Assembly (NCBI GenBank): GCA_964016885.1 | Contig: OZ024749.1 | Span: 31,372,001-31,436,000, forward strand | DNA from: Eledone cirrhosa | Lineage: Eukaryota | DNA length: 64,000 nt | Reading direction: 5' to 3' | In this document: positions 55,004 to 64,000 of the stretch, one piece after another | Layout of the letters: the number at the start of each line of letters is the position of its first letter | Numbering within the stretch: the stretch's first letter is position 1 | The notes under the pieces: model-generated | Database searches by the model: none | What the model saw: only the letters and a program-made list of their open reading frames with translations | What the model was told of the DNA's origin: nothing | Made by a program: the position numbers and the translations under genes

Positions 55004-58000
55004 TTAATTGTAAGTTGTGATGTTGCTGTTCCACTCATATTTTCTATTTAATTTTGGTTGTAATTCTTTTATGTTTATTGCCTCTGTAATTTGACTAAAC
55101 ATTGCATCTTTTCTGTGTGTAGATTCTATTTTTTATTTCTATGTTCTCTAATTTACCCTTGTGTTCTATCTTAGCATGTTGGTAGAGTACAGATGATTCT
55201 TTATTATCTTGAAGGTCTCGCCAGTGTTCATTTATCCGTTCCCCTATACTACGAGCTGTCTCACCTATGTACACTATATTTTTGTTTCTACATTGTCCTT
55301 CAGTACATCTTATGCTATACACTACCTTTCTAGTATTACAGTTAATATGGGGGCTTATTTTACAGGTTATACATTTCTTATCTATACATGAGGGTCTTTG
55401 AAACGGGTATGTCTTGCTAATAAGTATTTTTACGGAGGTACCTGGTCTTTCTACTATCTTAATATTGAGTTTATGTTTATTTAGGGCCCTTCTAAATTTG
55501 TAGGCTAGTTCGCCTCTAGGGGTTGTATCGATGAACATTACACTCTGGTATTTATTGCTATCATACCAGGAGTTTATTCTATTGGCCTTGTTCCTATTTC
55601 TTTTTATTCTATTCCAAAATTTGCTCCTATACAAGGGGCAGGTCCCATTTATGTCATTATTTACCATTTTTTCCCATTTGGTTCTGGCTCCTCTATACAC
55701 TCTGATTCTATCTCTCTGATTGTAGCCAGAGAACTGCATACGGTGGATGAAGTGTTGTATGTGTCTCTCTAGTTCTTCGGGGTTGCACATGCGGGACACA
55801 TTTCTCATCACCCGTACCAAATCCGCAATCAGTATCTTGATTTTGGTATGGTCCGAAATGGCCGAGTTTCGGTGGATCAGATGTTTGGAAGTCATGGGTT
55901 TGGCATAATGGGAATGGAGGATTTGTTTTTGGTTGTTAATGGTATCTAACCAGAGCTCTGTGTCTAGTACAGGTAATCGATGGTTGGGGTGTCTACTTGG
56001 GTAGTCTATAGTAACTCTAATGCTCTGGTGGATGGAGTTTGCTATTTGCTGGATGCTTTCCATTGTGTTTTTCTCTAGTTCCTGGCTGTTCTCTAGTGGG
56101 GGTGTCTTAACTACGATGTTTATATCATCTACGTAGCGGGAGTACATTATCAGGGTTAAGCTGTCTTCTAATTGTTCTTTAAGTTTAAGTTTAAGTCTAC
56201 TGTCCCACCATACCATGAATAAGTTAGCTATGTCGCCTGCAATGCTAACACCAATGGCTGCTCCTTCCTCTTGGGCATATGTTTTTCCATTAAATTTGAA
56301 CATATGTTCCTTAAGGGTTAATTTTATGCTGGCCCCTACCGCATGTGCAATCATTTTCTTCAGTTCATCGTGGTTTTTGGGTGTCCGTGTGGCTCTGGTC
56401 CACCCGTTCCATCTATCTGTGTGGGTTTTCTTGGCCATTGAGGTAATGGTAGGTGGTCTGCCTCTTGCTGGTCTTGTAGGGCACAGGTTGCTAAGGTCAT
56501 ATGTGTCTAGGTAACTATTACTATGGGTAAGCTTAAGTAGAAGTCCCAGCTCACTGGTATCAATCCCACGGAACTCAACCTTGCTCTCGCTGATCATTTC
56601 TACGCATTTCTCCACAGCAAAATCCACGTCAATAGATGTGTACAGGGACACAACATCCATACTGCCTATTATGCAGTTTGTTAGGTCCCCAGATCGGTTA
56701 CTCACGCCGATTCTGCTGAGGAGGTCCTCCGTGCTGTCACATACATCTGGGGACATCTCAATGATGGGGCGTATGATCAGGGAGAGGAAGTAGGACAGTC
56801 TGTAGTTACTAGCAATGTTAGCTCCACAGACTGGCCGTGTTGGTGGTCCCGTGACAGGGTCACAGCCCGTTTTATGGTCTTTTCGAAGCCCATACAACGC
56901 CGGCACGTCATTGTTCCAGGCCTGGAAGTTGTTGGCAGTCCTTTTGTTGGGCTGCATTATATTCGTCCACATCACCATATGGGCATTGAGGGCTTTTTCT
57001 CTATCCTCATGCTCCTGTGGTGTTACCTCTCTTGTGTTAGTGATGTGGGGTTGCATTGCCTGGATGTAGTTTGGCAGGCTGTCAACCGACATTCTGCCAG
57101 ACTTGTCTGTTGGAAAGCATGCTATCTCTCCATTACGTGAGCGCTGCATGAGCTTACGCAAGCCATTTGCAGATTTTTCTCCCAGTTGCTGGGCCTCTAT
57201 TCTATTATGCTTCTTGCCTATACTGTTCTATAATATTTCTAAGTTCGTATCTAGCTATACTAAATTGTGCTTCTGTTTGTTCATCGACCTGCGACGGCAA
57301 CTGCGTGCGTTTGTTAAATGGTAAAGTCGTGGCGTGGACTCGTCGCAGGTCGAATGATTTATCGGAGGGATTATAAAACGGAGAGTTCCAGGCTGCTGCT
57401 TTATGTGTACTAGTGCTATTGTTATTGTTAGTTGTGTTGTTTCTATTTCTATTTCCACCAACAGCCTCATGGTTGTTTCTATGTCTCTCATAATTACTCC
57501 TGTCTCTTTCCACTGGCTCAATGTTGTTATCTACCCTATTTTGTGTGTTTGTGTGTTCGTCTTGGTTATTCTCTTTGTCCTTAGTCTCCCTTCTCCTTTT
57601 AATCCTATTACTTTCCCTTATTTCTGTGATTTCTGTGCTACTGTCATTACTTGTTTTCTGTGTCTGCGTGTTTTTTAAGATTGTGGTGGTGGTGAGAGGC
57701 ATTGAATGCGTGTGTGTTGTTGTTGTTGATGTGTGCTGTTGTTGATGTGTGCTGTTGTTGATGTGTGCTGTTGTTGTCTCCGTGTGTGTTATCGTTGTTG
57801 TGTGTGTTGTTATTGTTGTTTGTGTCTGCGTGTCTGTTGTTGTTGTTTCTGGGTATGTTGTTATTGTTGTTGTTGTTGATGTGTGTGTTGTTGTTATTGT
57901 TGTTTGTGTCTGTGTGTCTGTTGTTTTGGGGATGTGTGTTGTATATTTGTGTGCGTATATTGTTGCTTTTGTTTTTGTTTTTGATGCTCCAGCGTAGTTT

Positions 58001-58300
58001 TGTAAATGATTTTTCTATTTCTGACAGACAACTAATCATATTTACCTTCTTGAATGTCGCAAATTTCGGGGGCAAACACAACACAGACATTTCGTCATTA
58101 TCTATTTTTGCGTTCCCATATATATTGGTGTTTTTGTTTTTTGAACTCTTCTGTTAATGAGGTGTCGGCCATGTTGATACCGTCAATTTTGTCGGGATAT
58201 CTATTGGTATACTCTATAGTATCCTGATTTAGCTTTACCTGTTTAAGCCACTTTAGTTTCCTGTTAAAGTGCTTATCACATTCTTGAGTAATGTACTGTT
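55004..58300 (-). pseudogene. PLE polyprotein (N-terminal region, RT, GIY-YIG); 688-aa open core 55095-57161, frameshifts near 55130, 57225, 57680 and 58120
   Basis: LCLPPKF...KLRW; TDKSG; RPVCGAN; SMDVVSLYTSID; GAAIG; YSRYVDDI; DYPS....LPVLD; HYAKP; VVYSIRC...YIGETARS..ER..EH. The shifted frame continues ...QITEAINI...KLNRKYEW to a stop at 55004. Confidence 0.92.
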
Positions 58301-58303
58301 CTT

Positions 58304-58434
58304 CAGGGCGTATAAGGCTTATAAATATTAGTCACTGAAGAGGTCACAGTGCGTATAAGGCTTATAAATATTAGTCACTGAAGAGGTCACAGGGCGTATA
58401 AGGCTTATAAATATTAGTCACTGAAGAGGTCACA
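58304..58434. repeat. Three 43-bp tandem copies of the body/inverted-pLTR junction
   Basis: GCGTATAAGGCTTATAAATATTAGTCACTGAAGAGGTCACAG at 58308, 58351 and 58394. Confidence 0.95.
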
Positions 58435-58461
58435 GAGTGTGTGACGAAAGGACTATGACTA
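58415..58461 (+). ncRNA. Type I hammerhead in the inverted 5' pLTR
   Basis: TAGTCA-CTGAAGA-G-GTCACA-gagtg-TGTGAC-GAAA-GGAC-TA-TGACTA. Confidence 0.82.
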
Positions 58462-58939
58462 TATATAAACAACTATCTGGTTGTGGAACCAACCAACCAA
58501 CCAGAAATTTATAACTTTGTAGATTTGTAAATTTATAAATTTATAAATATATAATAAATTGAAGTGAAAGCAACTGGTGCGTGTGTTTCTTATTGGCAAC
58601 ATGACCCTCCCAAAGTATAACAATATGTTTTAACAGTTATAAATGTATGACAGCTAAAATTATGAATTTATAAATTTATAACTTACTATAAAATAACATA
58701 AGATTCATACTCTAATTACATTATTAACATAGAAAATTTAAATTTGTAACTTCTTAACCTTATAGCATTTAATCCTTAGAGTTACCTGAATTATTAATAA
58801 ATCACTAACAATTTTCCTTTACGCTGTACTGCTATTATAATACAAATAAGGGAATATTCTTCTGTAAACTCTCTGAATTTCCATGGGCTTCGAATTGTTC
58901 GGATACTTTAGACCTACAATTTTGTTAATTTTTTTTTAT

Positions 58940-59045
58940 TTTTTAATAATTTTTTAATAATTTTTTAATAATTTTTTAATAATTTTTTAATAATTTTTTA
59001 ATAATTTTTTAATAATTTTTTAATAATTTTCTAATAATTTTTTTA
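58940..59045. repeat. 11-bp tandem repeat (TAATTTTTTAA)n
   Basis: Direct inspection. Confidence 0.85.
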
Positions 59046-59627
59046 TAATTAATGATAATAATATATATCTTATTATAATAATTGTTTCTACTATTGGCAC
59101 AAGGTCAGCAATTACCCAAATATATATGGTTTTCTAATAATAGTATATTTTTTAATAGTATATATAAATATATATAAAAGTTTTTAACATAAACATTTAA
59201 ACTACTGACTGAATTGATAAATTATTAATTTATTAAACCCTAGATAAAATTCTTCAACCAATCATTATAATGAATCCGGCTAATATATTCATTTTTAATT
59301 TCTTCGCTTCTTCTCTCATAACGTAAACAATAATTACGCTATTACTATCCTTATAACTAATATTCTCTCTCACTTAAATATACTCACGTTGTTTCTCTTT
59401 CTCTTTCTTTTTCTATTTTTTTCTCTATCTTTTTTCTTTTTCTCTTTCTTTTTTTTCCCTCTTCCAACGGCGTAATTTAAATATACTGTTATTTAAACCT
59501 TTCCGACACTAATTTACATAATAAACCAACAATAAATCTAATATCTCCACTATCCAGGAGACTCCAACCGTGAAGGTTCTATTTTTCAGGGTATGTCAAT
59601 ACTTATTTATAAAACTAATCTATATTA

Positions 59628-59693
59628 TATTTTATCTGATGAAAGCGCACCATAATCTGCCTTGGTGGCCCTTGAAATATGTATAATGAAATA
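59628..59693 (+). ncRNA. Type I hammerhead at a PLE 3' end
   Basis: TATTTTAT-CTGATGA-AAG..CACCA-loop-TGGTG...CTT-GAAA-TATGTA-TA-ATGAAATA; 8-bp stem I. Confidence 0.72.
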
Positions 59694-59824
59694 AATATGG
59701 TTTTATAAATATAGTTTCCATTTGTTAATATATTGTATATTTACTCCAATTAATTTGTTGAGTGCTTTATATCAGTTATAAAAATATTTTGCTTGTAGTA
59801 TCCCAACAAATTAAATATAACCTC

Positions 59825-59872
<48 letters not shown>

Positions 59873-60089
59873 TATGTATATATGTATATATATATATATT
59901 ATAGGATGTCTCCCTTTAGAAGCACTGATCATATGAAAACTGTCCAAGTTGGAAACATTTTGGCAGACACTTCATTTTTGTTTGTGATAAGTGATGAACA
60001 TATTTAGGCGGAAGCTTATTAACTTTGGACTGTCACCAAATACTGTGTGAATGGTTTTATCTCACTCTCCAGATATATATATATATACG

Positions 60090-60125
<36 letters not shown>

Positions 60126-60152
60126 TCTTTATATATATATATATAAATATAA

Positions 60153-60195
<43 letters not shown>

Positions 60196-60207
60196 TATAT
60201 ATGTAAG

Positions 60208-60425
60208 TATCGATCGACTTTCGTCAAATCGGATCGAGGAAACAATGTTTCCGTTGGTCTTTCCAGTTGCTCGTACTATCTATCGGTCGCAACTCCATGT
60301 AGAAGGAGCAATGTGAAATAAAGTGTCTTGCTCAAGGACATAACGCATCGCCTGGTCCAGGAATCGAACTGACAACCTCAAGATTGTGAATCCAATTCTC
60401 TAACCACTCTGCCACACAGCTTCAT
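60208..60425 (-). mobile_element. SINE family B
   Basis: Reverse complement of 5585-5805 with high similarity. Confidence 0.85.
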
Positions 60426-60484
<59 letters not shown>

Positions 60485-60568
60485 CATATAAACGCTTACA
60501 TACACACACCTTCACACACACAGACACAGGGCCGCATACCCCCAGAAACACACACACATACACGTACA

Positions 60569-60647
<79 letters not shown>

Positions 60648-60649
<2 letters not shown>

Positions 60650-60882
60650 GAACGAGTAGGACCCCGACGGCTGAGCTCAAGCCGTTTCGACGGCTAATTC
60701 TGGACTAAAAAAAAATTTTAAAAGATTTTTTTTTTTTTTTTAAATCCAGAATTAGCCGTCGAAACGGCTTGAGCTCAGCCGTCGGGGTCCTACTCGTTCC
60801 TATTACCCACTCTACTAGCCTAAGTATTGAGTACTTTGGTGCGTTATGGTCCACCTGGCTCCTTACCACATTTCCTTCGTTA
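60648..60882. mobile_element. Family C insert with perfect ~56-bp fold-back arms and A/T-run spacer
   Basis: 60649-60704 is the reverse complement of 60745-60800. The spacer is poly-A/poly-T; the tail runs to 60882. Confidence 0.85.
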
Positions 60883-61104
60883 TATATATATATATATATA
60901 TACACATGCACACATACCCTCACACATACACACACATCCTCACATAAATACCCTCAGAGACACACTCTTCTAACTTTGATTTTATCCCTAATTTTGTATG
61001 GTTGACGATATATTTAATCGATTTCCACGTGCTATTAGAAATGCTGGGTAAATATTTTATAGCTGTTGATCGCGGAGAGATAGCTGTTGTTTATTTATCT
61101 ATTA

Positions 61105-61354
61105 CTAGCAGATGTACCCGGCGTTACTCGGAAAATGAATGACAGCCTGAATTGTTCAAGGTCGTTTATGGCTTAGCTAGCAATTTCTGAGTGCGTGTCA
61201 GCTTATGTCAGCTAATTGGCTAGCCAATCAGAGGTTGCCTCAATAACACGTGCCAAATCGGCCTAGTACTTCAAAAGTTAAAAGGAGCCTAGTATTTGTA
61301 CACAGACAGACACACACACACACACACAGACCGACTTGCTTTTATATATATAGA
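61105..61354 (-). mobile_element. Non-autonomous Helitron, 250 bp
   Basis: Minus strand starts TCTATATATATAAAAG, holds a GT/GTCT microsatellite, and ends CCGAGTAACGCCGGGTACATCTGCTAG (weak hairpin plus CTAG). Inserted between A and T with no TSD. Confidence 0.75.
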
Positions 61355-61392
61355 TTTCTCGTGTGTATGTGTATATATATATATATATATAT

Positions 61393-61437
<45 letters not shown>

Positions 61438-61529
61438 CACACACACGGTCGCATACCCCCTCTCTCACACGCACAAACACAAACAGCCACACACACACAC
61501 ACACACATACACACACAGCATTGCATACC

Positions 61530-61570
<41 letters not shown>

Positions 61571-62012
61571 CACACACACACACACACGCACAAACGTACA
61601 CATGTACACACAAACACACACACACAAACGCACGCGCACACACACACAGGTACACACAGCAACCTACAGAAACTTTCCACACTTATGTGAAATCAATAAA
61701 GTGGGTGTCCCACTTAGATAACCGCAAGAAAGGAGGAATCAAATAAAAAAATCGATTACTTTCTGACATGATATAGATATCATTTAAAGATTTAAACTTT
61801 CCTTTCATTGTCAGAGAGACAGCTTGTCTAGTGTCTCTACTTCTGTAGTCACGTGACACTAGGAACAAATGGCGACATTCACAAATCACGTGTCACTAGG
61901 TAAACATTAAGAGTCAGATTGAATACTCATATGTATGTATGTATTATGTATGCATGTATATATGTATGGGGTATGTATGATGACCCCTTAGCCTTTGTCA
62001 AGGCAGAATTCT

Positions 62013-62379
62013 AGGAGAAGAAAAACTCTGATATAACACCTGCAACCCTGATGGTATCCGATGATGTTGAGTTTTTCTTCTTTTTGGTAAATATCATCCT
62101 GGTTAAGAGAGTGGGACTGGTTTTGTGCAGTGCCTTTGCTCACTATAAACGCTTCACGGCACAGGCATTGCTTTATATCTGGAGATCTCTCTGCACTTGT
62201 CGTCACATGGTACCATGGGCCCAGCACTATGTTTCAATAATTGTCACAAGTGTAGTGTTTGTACCAGAGTTTTCAAGTCAGTGGCTGGACTAAAAAGTCA
62301 CACTTGTTCAGCGCATTGGTAGGGGATCTCCTACATAGATGTAAAGTAGTGGCCGTACTCGAAAACGAGTTGGCAGCCA

Positions 62380-62383
<4 letters not shown>
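62013..62383 (+). mobile_element. Second copy of the 18693-19062 repeat
   Basis: Near-identical sequence; CTAGGAGAAGAAAAACTCTGA near the start. Confidence 0.7.
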
Positions 62384-62475
<92 letters not shown>

Positions 62476-62502
62476 ATATGTATGTATGTTTGTATACATC
62501 TG

Positions 62503-62552
<50 letters not shown>

Positions 62553-62751
62553 GTCAACATGAATGGACAAGTTATTTTTATCTAAAAACATTTTTTTCCA
62601 ATCCACCCGTCACTTCAATCTATCTTATTTCTCATTCTTTCTTCAGATAAAGGACTAGTGTCCGAAAGGTCGAGACTGCTATTTGAAGGGTTAACCTAAT
62701 ATATTCCTTCGATATACTGTACCTATTGCGTTGTTATATCTGTTTACCTTT

Positions 62752-62796
<45 letters not shown>

Positions 62797-62797
62797 T

Positions 62798-62980
62798 TAT
62801 CCCGGGTTCAATCGGGGGTAACCACAGTAAGTAAGGTACTCAATACATAGCAGAGTATAAATATTTAATATAGAAAAGGCTTCTACAGGACTAGAACTGT
62901 TTCATTCGGGAGAAATCAGATGATTTCTCTCGAATGAAACAGTTCTAGTCCTGTAGAAGCCTTTTCCATATTAAATATAT
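62798..62980 (-). mobile_element. Fold-back PLE-end insert, same family as 7270-7456
   Basis: Tail 62798-62860 matches the reverse complement of 7385-7450. Palindrome ~62861-62977 is centred near 62918. Confidence 0.8.
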
Positions 62981-62992
62981 ATATATATATAA

Positions 62993-63368
<376 letters not shown>

Positions 63369-63431
63369 ATATATATATATATATATATGCGTGTAGGTAT
63401 TATATGTGTATATCTATATATATATATATAT

Positions 63432-63833
63432 ATATATTGGTAAACGGAATAGAAAATGCTGACAAATTGTTCACAGTTGAAAAATGGTTTAATTAGGAAT
63501 AAAAGAGTATTAGTGATTGTATGGGTTAGTATTCAGTTGTGGTTTTAAGTTTTTAAGTTTTTACCGGTTGCGCATTTCTAAATGCTTTTCAAAAATAATT
63601 TTGAGATAGAGTGTCCGTGCTGTTTGCTCTGATCAGAGCAAACAGCACGGACACTCTATCTCAAAATTATTTTTGAAAAGCATTTAGAAATGCGCAACCG
63701 GTAAAAACTTAAAAACTTAAAACCACAACTGAATACTAACCCATACAATCACTAATACTCTTTTATTCCTAATTAAACCATTTTTCAACTGTGAACAATT
63801 TGTCAGCATTTTCTATTCCGTTTACCAATATAT
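63432..63833. mobile_element. Perfect ~400-bp spacerless palindrome centred at 63632/63633, fold-back PLE-end insert
   Basis: TCTGA|TCAGA centre with ~200-bp arms. Contains TTGAAAA-GCATTT-ag-AAATGC-GCAA-CCGG-TA at 63673-63703. Confidence 0.85.
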
Positions 63834-64000
63834 AACTAGACATGAAAAATGCGCAAGCTCAAAAGTGCCACAGAATGTTATAATAAACCTTCAAAAGTGT
63901 GGGACTAGAGTTGTTGCTAAAAAATAGAAAAATAGTTGTTGCTAAGAATTAACTAAGTGAAATAGCGTAAAAATAAAGGCTTCGTTGGTTTAAGCTATTT

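Larger units (their letters stand above)
54516..58623 (-). mobile_element. Near-full-length Penelope-like element (Naiad-like by inference) with ~210-bp inverted pseudo-LTRs and 12-bp TSD
   Basis: 54573-54783 is the reverse complement of 58416-58626. TATGTTTTAACA at 54504-54515 and 58624-58635. Long RT-GIY-YIG ORF inside. Confidence 0.92.
52470..59830 (+). mobile_element. Degenerate Penelope-like element (GLYRDD-type RT) whose long 3' region is split by a nested PLE
   Basis: Coding remnants 52470-53936, AT-rich 3' region on both sides of the nested element, then hammerhead and tail at 59628-59830 before (TA)n. That the far end belongs to the same element is inferred. Confidence 0.7.

Noticed and set aside
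54785-57161. Selenocysteine recoding, as reported for some Naiad PLEs
   Set aside because: The 688-aa core has no in-frame TGA, the linker cysteines are ordinary Cys codons, and I saw no SECIS-like hairpin in the 3' UTR.
62640-62675. Active hammerhead
   Set aside because: The core reads CAGATAA, with two non-compensatory changes; treated as a decayed copy.

Overview
AT-rich, microsatellite-saturated animal DNA. The SINE families and (TA)n density point to a cephalopod, probably Octopus (inference). Only one host coding exon is well supported: a large terminal exon (11145-13236, +) of a multi-copy neuropeptide precursor of pedal-peptide/orcokinin type, with 50 dibasic-flanked xLDS(V/I)GSGLI decapeptides. 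Most of the rest is mobile DNA. There are at least four Penelope-like retroelements (PLEs) with RT and/or GIY-YIG coding remnants; three have inverted pseudo-LTRs, and one is nested in another with a 12-bp TSD. Many short fold-back (palindromic) PLE-end inserts sit in (TA)n tracts. The PLE ends carry about a dozen minimal type I hammerhead ribozyme motifs read directly from the sequence, including a U3-A8 core variant and U.U stem II variants. Several fold-back and inversion junctions fall at the ribozyme. Also present: RTE-type LINE remnants (one with a twin-priming-like inversion), tRNA-derived SINE clusters, a small Helitron and minisatellites. Most ORFs in the track are microsatellite artefacts. 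All folding and family assignments were made by eye, and most boundaries are approximate.
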